Source of the DNA: Squalus acanthias
Taxonomy: Eukaryota
Assembly (NCBI GenBank): GCA_030390025.1
Contig: CM059430.1
Span: 33,790,001-33,854,000, forward strand
Direction: 5' to 3'
Length of the DNA: 64,000 nucleotides
Shown here: positions 45,619 through 60,600 of the stretch, piece after piece
Layout: each line of letters begins with the position of its first letter
Position numbering within the stretch: position 1 is the first letter of the stretch
The notes under the pieces: generated by a model
Seen by the model: the letters and a program-made list of their open reading frames with translations, nothing else
Told to the model about the DNA's origin: nothing
Databases searched by the model: none
Program-made: the position numbers and the translations under genes

Positions 45619-48600
45619 TTAAAGGTCTATGCTTCCTTTCCCTTTAAATTTCTTAGCAGAGCGTTCACTTGATCGCAGCTGAAACTTGCTGCCGTAGATG
45701 TAGGAAACAAAGCCATCGATTTCCACACTGAAGATACTATTTTGCTTGGGAATAACTGGGGTTGCAGGACAGGAAAACAAATAAAAGAGTTAGAATAGTA
45801 TGTGAAATCAAGTTTCTAACTTTCTTCAATTCTTTAGTGTTTGAATGTTTTACAACAGAAGTTATGCTTTAATATAAATGTTCTATAGACAAAGCTGGTA
45901 AAGTCACCACCACTACAGAATCAATATTTTGAGAATTAACAACAAAATTTACAGCTCGTATGAAAAACAGAGAATAATTGATATCTGGGAATGATTATAA
46001 ACCACTAATTTGAGGAAATGGTACAAGCCCAGCGCCAAACAATAATTTATGCTTCACGATCCACCACTTTTCCACATATAGCCTTCAGTTAACTGACTTT
46101 GACTGAAATTATGGGCTACAAAAATTGAAGCTCAAATGGGATTTAATCCCACACAGTGGAGTTTACACGGCAGTGAACACAAATTACTAGAGGAGAGGCT
46201 AAGCAGAACTTTATTTTAGCTGCTCTACCAGAGTTAAGCTGACCACATGGGGACAAGATGTACAATGTGGTCACGTTTTGAGATCCATCTATTTTGCCAC
46301 AGAAGGATCGTAAAATGATTTACAATAAAATGCTACTTTAAAGTTAACATTTACTCAGAAGGGTCTAAATCCCCTTTGCAGCCAGAAGCTGAGGGGAGGG
46401 AGGACAGGATGTGTATTAAAGGTAGGCGGACCAGTTTGTGGACTGCTCCTACTTACATACCACTTTAAACTGTGACAATAAGGGTTGTTAACTCATCCCT
46501 CAGACAGCCTTAGTCATTTGGGAAACAGTAGGATAGTTGCTGGGGCACCTCCACCCAGGGGTATGGTAGTTGGTTTAACTGGCCAACCCCAAGACAGGGA
46601 AAGCTGGTCCCGCTGGACCGGCTAGGAGCTGCGCTGGGGTTTCTTAGAGGGAATGTGGGTCAGAGGTCAAACTGCTGGTTTCCTGTTCAGCTAGGAAATG
46701 AGAACAAGGAAACGCAAGGCCAGTCAGTCCAGTTTTAAAAAAACCTGACTTAGCAAGAAGAAGCACTCTAATTTTAAGCTCAGAACTGGTCAGAATCAGA
46801 AATAATCGACCAGAAGAGTCTTACTTTAGAAGACTGGAAAAATAAACAGGGAAACACGCAAGAGTTTATCCAGTTCATTTACTACAGGGCTTTATTGCTA
46901 TGACCCAAGTCATGCTATCATATGACTAGATAAAGTCCTCATTGTAAAGGGTGTGGCATCCACTTACAGAACAGACCAGTGATAATAAACCCTAGAGCAG
47001 ACCTGAAATTTGTAACAATACCTTTAAGCTTATTTTCCACAGTGATAATCTTGAATATATGTTTCATTTCCTGTAGAATAATTCCTGTGACCCCTACATA
47101 GGAGGGACATTTGGACTTCACCACTGTAATGCAAACAGATTTTTAATATAAAAATGTGGATCTCACCAAAAAATGTTTAAAGTTTTTTTTATGCTTATAG
47201 ATTGATGGATTAGAATAATTGTTTGCATATGTGCGCTGTGCAAAAAGAAATTAATTTTACATTTCTGAAACCTGCTGGATCTAATTATTTTTCTAGGGAA
47301 ACTGAAAGATCAGACCCTTGGAGACAGAGTTGTGTTTGCTGGTAGGAGACTAATAAATACAAACTCTAACACTTCACATACCATTTCTATAACCGTACAC
47401 AATACGTAACCATCATAGGACCATCATTACAGCAAAAAAAGTTAAACACAACACCTTCGCACTTAAGTGATGCAATCTTAACTGAAGCATTCAAAAATTT
47501 AGACTCCGAATTCAACAGAGAGTAAAAAGACACGAGCTCGACAAGAAGGATACAGTAGTATGGATGGTGCTGGGTCAAAAATCAAAATTGTTCTTAATTC
47601 AGACACTAATGGAAAGTGTGTTTTAAGCAATTTCCAGCATTTGCAGTGTACTTTTATATATAGAATCATAGAAAAGTACAGCACAGAAGGAGGTTATTCG
47701 GCCCATCGAGTCGGCGCCGGCTCTTTCGAAGAGCAATCCAATTGGTTCCACTTCCCAGCTCTTTCTCCTTCAATTATTAATCCAATATTCTTTTGAAGGC
47801 CACTATTGAATCTGTTACCACCACCCTATCAGGCAGTGCATTCCAAATCCTAGTCACTCGTTGGGTAAAAAAGTTTTTACTCATGTCGCCTCTGGTTCTT
47901 TTGCCAATCACCTTAAATCTGTGCCCTCTGGTTATCGACCCTTCAGCCATTAGAAACAGTTTCTCTTTATTTACTCTATCTAAACTCTTCATGATTTTAA
48001 ACACCTCCATCAAATCTCCTCTTAGCCTTCTCTGCTCGAAGGAGAACAACCCCAGCTTCTCCAGTCTAAATTTGCACAAGTTAGATGGGTTGAACACTAT
48101 ATCCATGATCTTACCTTCTTACAAAAAAACGGTATGTTCTACATCTTAGGGTTTATCTCCGTGCTATAGGTTCTCCATACTTTGCTTACTAGTAAACAAA
48201 TCTATCTACATGTGTACCTGTCACAATGGCTCCATGAAAGTCTGCCTTCAGCAGTTTGGTCTGGATCATCTGTGTCTGCCTATAAATATAAAAAAAATAT
48301 CATAGCAATCAAGCAGGCAGGTTGACAACTGATTTAGAAAAGATTTTTGTAATTTATTGTCATTCAGTGGGACTCACCAGGAACCTGAACTGCAATTTAA
48401 ATCATTTTTTTTTACTTCTACATACACCTCAGCCAAATTAAAGTAAATCTTTAAAAATAAAAAATAAATTAATCTGAACATCAATATTTTTAGAAGGATT
48501 TCAATATTTAAGAAACACAAAGATGTGATTATCAAGTTCCACCCAACCTCCTTCACAGTGCTATCTGACCACTTCCATATTCAATACTTCTTTCCAAAAG

Positions 48601-51600
48601 TGAGGGGCATACTGCCAGGGTTCACTGATGCAAATCAAAAAACCGAATAGGGAAAAAAAAAAACTCAGTATCAAAAATGTTTGCATCAAAATGAATTGAA
48701 ATTATTTAAATGTGCGTGTCTTAAACTGCAGCAACCAAGTTTTAAAATGTGATGTTCACACCCGCATTTCCAGCAGGAGTCACTGGATAACGAGCAGAAG
48801 CAGGGCTTTCCTCTCACTAACCAAACGCCACCCGAACCGAGATCAGCTAGCTCAGCGATTGTAATGACACAATATTAAAAAAAAATGGGTTATAGACCCT
48901 TTGTCAGTTGTGATTTCCAATGAAGGGTTCACACCTAAAGCATCAGCTCACCTTTTCCTGCAATTTTTGAACGGATATTGGACCTGTGACCTCCCTGGGT
49001 CGTGTGGCTGGGTACTCACTGCATGAACTCGCTGAATCACTGGGAAAACCACTACTTACTCTTTGAGTTTGCCAGCCCTGCCTCTAACTTTAAATGCTAG
49101 CATTTTGGTTTACAACTGCTAATGGTTCAACGCTAGAACAAAAAAAGTGCAGACAAATGTGTAAGGAAGAAGTGGGCCCAGTAGGAAGAAATGAGACAAT
49201 GAATCACACACAGCAAGTGTACTCAAATGCAGAAATACTGGCTCCTAAACATGAGCTACTGCTATTGAATCTATTTTTTCTATTGCATTGATGGAAAGCT
49301 CTGTTGAGATTTGTTTGCTATGCCGAAAAGTAGTGGATGGGTACGGGAATGGTAGCATAGTGGTTATGTTACTGGACTAGTAATCTAGAGGCCTGGACTA
49401 ATGATCCGGAGACACAAGTTCAATGGCAGCTGGGCAATTTAAATTCAGTTAATTAAATAAATCTGGAATATAAACGCTAGTATCAGTATTGGTGATCGTG
49501 AAAACCCATCTAGTTCACTAATGTCCTTTAGGGATAGAAATCTGCCGTCCTTACCTGGTCTGGCCTATATGTGACTCCAGACCCACAGCAATGTGGTTGA
49601 CTCTTAACTGCCCTCTGAAATGGCAGAGCAAGCCACTCAGTTGTACCAAACCACTATGACAAAGTCACTGTGGAGTACCTTCACCACACGGACTGCAGCA
49701 GTTCAAGAAGGCAGCTCACCACCACCTTCTTAAGGGCAATTAGGGATGGGCAATAAATGCCGGCCATTCCAGCGACGCTCACATCCCGTGAATGAATAAA
49801 AAAAGGATATGCCATGGTGTTGCTTGTGGCAAGTTGGAAGATTCAAAAAATCTCAAGGCCAGATGAGACCATAGAGCACAACTTTCCTGCTTCTTGCTGC
49901 CAGAGAACGCTCAAATCACTGGACACAAAGATCAGGTAATAGAAGCGAGCCCGAGATATCCAGGTCTCTGCTCCTTTTACCTTCTCGCAGGATTTTCCTG
50001 GGAGAGGTGTCAGAAAATCTGCTCTATAGGTCCATTTAACACTCTTTCCTGCTGTCCTAGCCATTGCAACTGATTGTGTTTCTTGAAGATGGTTGTTCAA
50101 TTTGATCTTGAGGAAATCTAAGCTACTTGCCCCTACTATTTCCCTTGTTAAGTTGTCCCAAAAATGACCATCTTCTTGGTGAAGTAACACTTTAGCTCCT
50201 TTTTAAATCTACCTCTTTTCACTTGTACTTGCACACTCTGGTTCTGCTGTCTCATACCAAATCAAATATCCCTTACTGATCTTCTACATCCTGAGCCTTA
50301 TTAATGTGAAAAGCTCAATCAAAACTCCAGTCTTTTCCTCTCCAATGAGAATAGTCCCAGTTCTGCAAGTCTCTCTTCATACGTTTTATACTCCAGTTCC
50401 ATTATCATTCTAGTAGCTCTTCTCTGCACAGTTTCCAGCTTAGCTACATCCTTCCTCTAATGAGGGTTCAGAAAAGCACACAATACTCCAGGAAATGTAC
50501 AATATATTATTCTGCTGCCAAGGTGGAGCTCTGCTCCTTTAATGCTACAAAGTCTAATTGTTAAGTAATGAGAGCTTCAGATCAGAGTTTAACTGTGCAA
50601 ATTGCAAAATGCTTGTTAGTTTCTGGCTTTACTTCACAAGCACCCAGAACAGAATTGCTTTTTAAAATTTTTGTCTCAGTAACAAAATGTGAAGAACAAA
50701 ATTTGCGATAGATGCTCTTACCTATCCAATCATAGCCAGAGAATCTCCTGATATGGCTTTTTAAAGATGTATTCATTCATGGGATGTGGGCATCACTGTC
50801 AAGGCCAGCATTTGTTGCCCATCCCTAATTGCCCTTGAGAAGGTGGTGGTGAGCCACCTTCTTGAACGGCTGCAGTCCGTGTGGTGAAAGTATTCCCACA
50901 GTGCTGTGGTTAGGTAGGGAGGTCCAGGATTTTGACCCAGCGACGATGAAGAAACAATATATTTCCAAGTTAGGATGATATGTGAATTGGAGGGGAACTT
51001 GGAGGTGGTGGTGTTCCCATGCATCTGCTGCCCTTGTCCTTCTAGGTGGTAGAGGTTGCAGGTGTGGTTGCTGCCGTGGCAAGTTGCTGCAGTGCATTTT
51101 GTAGATGGTACACACTGCAGCCACGTTGCAGCTGATGGTGGAGAGAGGGAATGTTTAAGGTGGTGGATGGGGTACCAATCAAGCAGACTGCTTTGTCCTG
51201 GATAGTGTCGTCAAGCTTCTTAAGTATTGTTGGAGCTACACTCATCCAAGCAAATGGAAGCTACACTCATCCAGGCAAGTGGAGAGTATTCCCTCACACT
51301 CCTGACTTGTGCCTTGTAGGTGGTGGAAAGGCTTTGGGGAATCAGGAGGTGAGTCACTTGCCACAGAATACCCAGCCTCTGATCTGTCCTTGTAGCCATG
51401 GTATTTATGTGGCTGGTCCAGTTATGTTTCTGGTCAATGGTGACCCCCAGGATGTTAATGGTGGGGGAATTAGACGATGTTAATGCCATTGAATGTCAAG
51501 AGGAGGTGGTTAGACTCTCTCTCTTGTTGGAGATGGTCATTGCCTGGCGCAAATATTATTTGCCATTTATCAGCCCAAGCCTGAATGTTGTCCAGGTCTT

Positions 51601-54600
51601 GCTACATGCGGGGACAGACTGTTTAATTATCAGAGGAATTGCGAATGGAACTAAACACATCCCTACTTTTGACCTTATGATGGAGGGAAGGTCATTGATG
51701 AAGCAGCTGAAGATGCTTGGGCCGAGGACCCTGCCCTGAGGAACTCCTGCAGCGATGTACTGGGGCTGAGCTGATTGGCCTCCAAAAACCACAACCATCT
51801 TCCTGTGTGCTAGGTATGACTACAGCCAGTGGAGAGTCCCCCCGCCCCCCCAATTCCCATTGACTTCAGTTTTGCTAGGGCTCCTTGGTGCCACACTTGG
51901 TCAAATGCTGCTTTGATGTCAAGCGCAGTCACTCTCACCTCACCGCTGGAATTTAGCTCTTTTGTCCATGTTTGGACTAAGGCTGTAATGAGGTCTGGAG
52001 CCGAGTGATCCTAGCAGAACCCAAACTGAGCATTGGTGAGTAGGTTATTGGTGAGTAAGTGCCGCTTGATAGCACTGTCGACGACCCTTCCATCACTTTG
52101 CTGAGGATTGAGAGTAGACTGATGGGGCGGTAATTGGCTGGATTGGATTTGTCCTGCTTTTTGTGGACAAGACATACCTGGGCAATTTTCCACTTTGCTG
52201 GATAGATGCCAGTGTTGTAGCTGTACTGGAACAGCTTGGCTAGAGGCGCGGCTAGTTCTGGAGCACAAATCTTCAGCACTACAGCTGGGATGTTGTCGGG
52301 GCCCATAGCCTTTGCTGTATCCAGTGCGCTCAGCCGTTCCTTGATATCACATGGAGTGAATCGAATTGGCTGAAGACTGGCTTTGGTGATGGTGGGGACC
52401 TCAGGAGGAAGCCGAGATGGATCATCCACTCGGCACTTCTGGCTGAAGATGGTTGTGAATGCTTCAGCCTTGTCTTTTGCACTCCCGTGCTGGGCTCCAC
52501 CACCATTGAAGAGGGGGATGTTCATAGAGCCGCCTCCTCCGTTAGTTGTTTAATTGTCCACCACCATTCACGACTAGATGTGGCAGGACTGCAGAGCTTT
52601 GATCTGATCCGTTGGTTGTGGGATTGGTTAGCTCTGTCTGTAGCAGACTGCTTCCACTGCTTAGCATGCATGTAGTCCTGTGCTTTAGCTTCACCAAGTT
52701 GGCATCTCATTTTCAGGTACACCTGGTGTTGCTCCTGGCATGCTCTTCTACACTCATTGAACCAGGTCCACTGGCTTGATGGTAATGGTAGAGTGAGGAA
52801 TATGTCGGGTCATAATGTTACAGATTGTGGTGGAATACAATTCTGCTGCTGCTGATGGCCCACAGCGCCTCATGGACACTCAGTTTTGAGCTGCTAGATC
52901 TGTTCTGAATCTATCCCATTTAGCACAGTGGTAGTGCCACACAACACGATGGAGGGTGTCCTCAGTGTGAAGACGGGACTTTGTCTCCACAAGGACTGTG
53001 CAGTGGTCACTGCTACCAATACTGTCATGGACAGATGCAACTGTGACAGGTAGATTGGTGAGGACAAGGTCAAGTAGATTTTTCTCTCGTGTTGTTTTTT
53101 TAACCACCTGCTACAAACCCAGTCTGGCAGCCTTCAGGACTCGGTCAGTAGTAGTTCTACCAAGCCACTCTTGGTGATGGCCATTGAAGTCCCCACCCAG
53201 AGTACATTCTGTGCCCTTGCTACCCTCAGTGCTTCTTCCAAGTGGTGTCCAGCATGGAGGAGTACTGATTGATCTGCTAAGGGAGGGTGGTAATCAGCAG
53301 GAGGTTTCCTTGCCCATGTTTGACCTTTGCCATGAGACTTCATGGGGTCCAAAGTCAATGTTGAGGACTCCCAGGGCCACTCCCTCCCAACTGTATACCA
53401 CTGTGCCACCGGACAGGGATAGTGATGGAGGATTCTGGGACGTTGGCTGAAAAGTATGATTCTGTGAGTATGACTGTCAGGATGTTGCTTGACTAGTCTG
53501 AGACAGCTCTTCCAATTTTGGCACACGTCCCCAGATGGAGTGGAGCGGAGAATTAAATTGATAGGTGACCAGATGCTCGGGGTCACGCTTACGGACTGAA
53601 CAGAGGTGTTCCGCAAAGTGCTCACCCAATCTGCATTTGGTATCCCCAATGTAGAGGAGACCGCATCGTGGTCTTCCGGTCGCCTGTCACTTTAATTCTC
53701 CGCTCCACTCCTACTCTGACCTCTCGGTCCTCGGCCTCTTATACTGTTCTAACGAAGCTCAACTTAAGCTCGAGGAACAGCACCTCATCTTTCGATTAGG
53801 CACTTTACAGCCTTCTGGACTCAACATCGAGTTCAACAATTTCAGACCATAACCTCGGCCCCTATTTTTTTTTACAATGGCAGCTGTTGATGATTCTGCC
53901 ATTCCCATTTACACCTCATCTAGACTCATCTTTTGTTTCTTAATTTGTCCCATTACCATCTCCTTTTGCCCTGCACCATCATCCCTTTTGTCTTTTAATC
54001 TCTCCTGCCTTCCATCCTATCACAGACCTTCCCTTTTGTTGTTTCCTCGCCTCCCCCCTTTCCCTGACGCTGCACTTGCTTAAAAATCTGTTTCTAACTT
54101 TTTCCCAGTTCTGGCGACGTGTCAGCGACCTGAAACGTTAACTCTCTTTCTCTCTTCACAGATGCTGCCTGACCTGCTGAGTATTTCCAGCATTTTCTGT
54201 TTCTATTGCTGGATTATTAGTCCGGGCCTCTGAATTATATGCAGTAACATAACCACTATGCTACCGTACCCGCTTCTCTTCCCACTCCTGCACCCCTACC
54301 TCTGGAGTTCCTGAAGAATCTATTCTCAGCCCCCTCCTATTTCTCATCTATGTGCTGTCCCTCGGTGACATCAGCCGAAGACATGACGTCAGGTTCCGCG
54401 TGTACACTGACGACAACCAGTTCTACTTCACCTCCACCTCTCTCAACCCCTCCACTGCCTCTATGTTGTCAGCCTGCTTGTCAAAGACATCCAGTCCTGG
54501 ATAAGACACAATTTCCTCCAATTAAACATTGGGAAGACCGAAGCCATGGTCTTCAGCCCCCACCACAAACTCTATTCCTTCGCCACTGATGCTATCACCC

Positions 54601-57600
54601 TCTCCAGCCGTCTCAAGCTGAACCAGACTGTTCGCAACCTCAGCATCCTATTTGACCCTGAGCTGAGCTTCCGAGCCTGTATCCTCTCACACAAGGATCG
54701 TCTACTTCAACCTTTGTTACATCATCCGTCTCCGCCCCTGCCTCAGCCCATCTGCTGTTGAAACCCCCATCCGTGCTTTTGTTACCTCCAGACTCGACTA
54801 TTTTAATTGTCTCCTGGCTGGCCTCCCATCTTCCACCGTACATAAACATGAGCTCATCCAAAACTCTGCTGCCCCTACCAAGTCCCAGTCATCCATCACC
54901 CCTGTGCTCACTGACCTACATTAGATCTCGGTGCACCAACACCTCAAATTTAAAATTCTCATCCTAGTGTTCAAATCCTTCCTTGGCCTCGCCCCCTCTC
55001 TATCTTTGTCACCTCTTCCAGCCCTACAACCCTCAGAGAACTCGGTGTTCCTCCAACTCTGGACTTTTACTCATCCCCCACTACCTTAACCCCACCATTG
55101 GTGGCTGTGCCTTCAGCCGTCTAGGCCCTAAACTGTGAAATTCCCTCCCTAAAGCTCTCCGCCTCTCTCTCTTTAAGACCCTGCATAAAACATACCTCTT
55201 TGTCCAAGCTTTTAGTCTCGCCTACTAATATTTGGCTGAGTGTCAATCCCTGGCTGATTACGCTCCTACGAAGGTGCTATATAAATGCAAGTTGTTGCTC
55301 GATATATAATAATAATGTGTGTGTCAGTTGAGTGCCTTCTGTTCATAAAATTGTGCATTAGTTTATACAATTACTTATACAAATCTATTTGCTAAAGGTT
55401 TTGTAAACTGTATTTTGTGTAGTAGCTACAAGCTAAAAAATGACTGAAATCAAGGCCGCTCATTATATTTGACAAATCTACTTCCACAAAACATGACACT
55501 TTCTAAGTCTCGAGGACACTAATTAGTCTTGAAATGGTTTATAAAATGTTACTGTATAGATATTTTTACAATTGATGGATTATTACACTGCAACCTTGAG
55601 CCTGAAGCACTCAATAGCTATTTCTAGTTGGAGAATTCTTTTGTGGTATTATTGCAAACTAAGAGGGACCCATTTGGAAAAACTCTCAGTGAACACAAAC
55701 CCAGTGTTTGAGAAGGTAAAAGCAATTATGAAGATTGACTAAATCTGCTGAATTATTTTTGCACATTGGAGATGAGGAGGGGAGATGTTAAATACTCACT
55801 AGTAGCAACACAATATAAACTCCCATCTCATTTAAGGGGCATCATCTATAATATTTAAAATCTTAGGTCTGCAAGCACATCCGGTCAACTTTTTCCATTC
55901 TAAATTCCAATGTCCACATTTATAATGGAAGCTTTCTATGTAAATTTCTCACACTCCTGCCAGTAAAAGTCACTAACACCCTCAGCTTTGCACCTCCCAG
56001 CCCTTCACCCTCCACTGCAGAGAAACTGCTACGGCCAACCCTACTTCTCTGCTTCCCAAATTGCTGGATATTTTGCTATTTACTATAAATAAATATTAAA
56101 TGAATGTAGTAGGCAAAATAAGGACAGAATATATGACTTTGTAAAAATGGGGACAATTACTTCAGTATTCCTCTGTCCTGTAACCCTTCTTCACTTCAAG
56201 ACCACACTTGATCTCGACTCCCCATGTGCAATGCCACAAGAGATCAACTAGTAAATTATTAAAAATCTTGTGTACACTTCCTATCAACTTTTTCCATTAT
56301 ACATTTCTATGTCCTCAATTATAATGAAAATTGTCTATGTAAACTTGACATGTTGTCGTTACATTCGCCACCCAGTGGAGATGCTACAATGCCATCACTG
56401 GCAGGAGGGTGTAATAACAACATGACAAGCTTACACAGGTAGTATCCGTTGTAAATGTAGACATAGGAATGCATAATGTAAATATAAAAACAAGGACAGA
56501 ATGTGGGGACTGAACTACATCAGCATCCCTCAATTTCTAAGCACACTTTACCTGAACACTACACTTAAAAGATGTGTGTAATCACCACAGGTGACTGAGT
56601 ATTCTTAATTTAAAAAAACGTGCTTGGCAAAAAGAAATATCGTTGCTTATAAACACATGATGCAACATTGCAAATCATAAACTTATATAGCACCTTAAAC
56701 ATAGAAAATGCCCCAAGATGCTTCATGGGGAGAAACGGATACTAAGCAGAAGTGGAAGTCAAAATTAATTATTGCGTTACTAATATATTACTTCACTGTG
56801 ACAAATAATAAACCAGCCCTTGTGTGAATTAACACCCTAACAAACTTTAACTTTGGTAAACACTTCTGCAATGAAGACAGTGCCTCTTAAAAAGAAACTA
56901 TAAAGGAATGACTTTTTCATTTTATCCGCAATATAATTAGGTAGAGGTGCCTTTTCTGATCGAAAAACAGCCCAAATTAAAATAGACATCTTGCCCACTA
57001 ACACTGCTAGCAACAAGGAGCAACACAAAAATTATTTTTTTCCCCCTCCTTCCCCTCAGTAAAGTGAGCAATATACCTGGGGTCACAGGCACATTGCTGC
57101 CAATGATTTTCACTTAATATTTTTTGTGTATACTTCCACAGCTCAATGAGAAGCAACAGTTAAAGACTGGGGCAAAATTAAAAGCACCTATTTCTTAATC
57201 TGCAGTGTTCTGTGAACTATCTTTTTATATTTTGACCTTGAAAGAGTTCAATCAATTTAAAAATCAGTGCTTTAGACATTTATTAAATTGCTGATAGATT
57301 ACTGTTTCCATATCTTCCGCACTTGTGTGTGTGATAAAAGGATCTTTTGAGCTTCACGCACGTACAATGTAATTGTTCAGTAACCAATAACTGTAAAGGC
57401 GCCCATTCTATAGAACAAGTACTGTACTTACATGTCAGGTTTCAAGCCATTACACAAGTCTCGAATGTATTGCTTCCACAGCTCATGCAAAGGGAGAAAC
57501 AATTCATACCTGGAAAAAATTAAATGGTTCAAATTAGCATTTTAACATCTACGGATTAAAAGTGTCTGAATCGTGTCAATCTGATAGGCAAGAATGAGCA

Positions 57601-60600
57601 TTTTACTGAAACCCCCTTTGATACAGAGGAGAAATGTATAGAATGTAGAAAATTTGATCAGTTCACAGTGTAGAACAAGCTTCACGACCACATTAGGGGA
57701 TGGCATCCAACAGGAAATTAGAGATGCATGTATAAAATTCTGACAGGGCTAGACAGACTGGATGCAGGGAGGATGTTTCCCCTGGCTGGGGGTTCTAGAA
57801 CGAGGGGTCACAGTCTCAGGATACGGGGTAGGACATTTAGGACTGAGATGAAGAGAAATTTTATTCACTCAGAGGGTGGTGAACCTGTGGAATTCTCTAC
57901 CACAGAAGGCTGTGGAGGCCAAGTCACTGAATATATTTAAGAAGGAGAGAGATAGATTTCTAGACATCAAGGCATCAAGGGGTGTGGGGAGAGAGCGGGA
58001 ATATGGTATGGAGATAGAGGATCAGCCATGATCATATTGAATGGCGGAGCAGGCTCGAAAGGCCGAATGACCGACTCCTGCTCCTATTTTTCTATGTTTC
58101 TATGTTCTATGTAACAAGGGTACTACAGTAATCATGGGTGACTTTAATACATATAGACTGGCCAAACCAAATTAGCAATAATACTGTGGAGGATGAATTC
58201 CTGAAGTGTGTACGAGATGTTTTTTTTAGACCAGTACGTTGAGGAGCCAACTAGGGAACAGGCTATCCTAGATTGGGTATTGTGCAATGAGAAGGGGTTA
58301 ATTAATAATCTTGTTATGTGGGGTCCTTTAGGGAAGAGTGACCATAACATGATAGAATTCTTCATTAAGATGGAAAGTGAAGAAGTCCAATCCGAAACTA
58401 GGTCCTAAATCTAAATAAAGGAAACTACGATGGTACGACGAGGAGTGAGTTGGCTATGATAGATTGGGGAGCTTCATTAAAAAGCATGACGGTGGATAGG
58501 CTAACATTTAAGGAACAAATGCATGAATTGCAACAGTTATACATTCCTTTCTGGCGCAAAAACACAAAAGGAAAAGCGGCCCAACCATGGCTAACAAAAG
58601 AAATTAAGGATAGTATTAGATCCAAAGAGGAGTCATATAAAGTTGCCAGAAAAAGTAGCAAGCCTGAGGATTGGGAGCAGTTTAGAGTTCAGCAAAAAAG
58701 GGGAAAAAGAGAGTATGAGAGTAAACTTACAAGGAACATAAAAGCAGACTGTAAAAGCTTCTGCAAGTATGTAAAAAGAAAAAGATTAGTGAAGACAAAT
58801 GTAGGTCCCTTACAGTCAGAAATGGGAGAATTTATAATGGGGAACAAAGAAATGCAGAGCAATTAAACAAATACTTTGGTTCTGTCTTCACGGAAGAGGA
58901 CACAAATAACTTCCCAGAAATGCTAGGGAACCAAGGGTCTAGTGAGAAGGAGGAATTAAAGGAAATTAGTATTAGTAAAAAAATAGTGCTGGAGAAATTA
59001 ATGGGACTGAAAGCTGATAAATCCCCAGGGCCTGATAATCTGCATCCAGAGTACTAAAAGAGGTAGCCATGGAAATAGTGGATGCATTGGTTGTTATCTT
59101 CCAAAATTCTATAGATTATGGAACAGTTTCTTCAGATTGGAGGGTGGCAAATGTAACCCCACTATTTAAAAAAGGAGGGAGAGAAAACAGGGAATTACAG
59201 CTTAACATCAGTAGTAGGGAAAATGCTAGAGTCTATTATAAAGGATGTGATAACAGGACACTTAGAAAATATCAACGGGATTAGACAAAGTCAACATGGA
59301 TTTATGAAAGGGAAATCGTGTTTGACAAACCTACTGGAGTTTTTTGAGGATGTAACTGGTAGAATAGATAAGGGGGAACTAGTGGATGTGGTGTATTTGG
59401 ATTTTCAGAAGGCCTTTGATAAAGTCCCACATAAGAGGTTAGTGTGCAAAATTAAAGCACATGGGATTGGGGTAATATACTGGCAAGGATTGAAAATTGG
59501 TTAACAGACAGGAAACGGAGAGTAGGAATAAATGGGTCTTTTTCAGGGTGGCAGGCGGTGACTTGTGGGGTACCGCAGGGATCAGTGCTTGGACCCCAGC
59601 TATTCACAATATATATCAATGATTTGGATGAGGGAACCAAATGTAATATTTCCAAGTTTGCTGACGACACAAAACTAGGTAGGATTGTGAGTTGTGAGGA
59701 AGATGCAAAGAGGCTTCAAGGCAATTTAGACAAGTTGAGTGAGTGGGCAAATACATGGCAGATGCAGTATAACGTGGATAAATGTGAAGTTATCCACTTC
59801 GGTAGGAAAAACAGAAAGGTAGAGTATAATTTAAATGGTGATAGATTGGGAAATGCTGATGTACAAAGGGACCTGGGTGTCCTTGTACACCAGTCACTGA
59901 AAGCAAACATGCAGGTGCAGCAAGCAGTTAGGAAGGCAAATGGTATGTTGGCCTTCATTGCAAGAGGATTTGAGTACAGGAGCAAGGATGTCTTACTACA
60001 GTTGTACAGGGCCTTGGTGAGACCACACCTGGAGTACTGTGTGCAGTTTTGGTCTCCTTACCTAAGAAAGGATATACTTGCCATAGAGGGAGTGCAGCGA
60101 AGGTTCACCCGACTGATTCTTGGGATGGCAGGACTGTCGTATGAGGAGAGATTGGGTCGACTAGGTCTGTATTCTCTAGAGTTTAGAAGAATGAGAGGGG
60201 ATCTCATTGAAACGTATAAAATTCTGACAGGGCTAGACAGACTGGATGTAGGGAGGATGTTTCCCCTGGCTGGGGGGTCTAGAACGAGGGGTCACAGTCT
60301 CAGGATACGGGGTAGGACATTTAGGACTGAGATGAGGAGAAATTTCTTCACTCAGAGGGTGGTGAACCTATGGAATTCTCTACCACAGAAGGCTGTGGAG
60401 GCCAAGTCACTGAATATATTTAAGAAGGAGAGAGATAGATTTCTAGACACAAAAGGCATCAAGGGGCATGGGGAGAGAGCGGGAATATGGTATTGAAATA
60501 GAGGATCAGCCATGATCATATTGAATGGCGGAGCAGGCTCGAAGGGCCGAATGGCCTACTCCTGCTCCTATTTTTCTATGTTTCTATTACAAAGGCTTTA

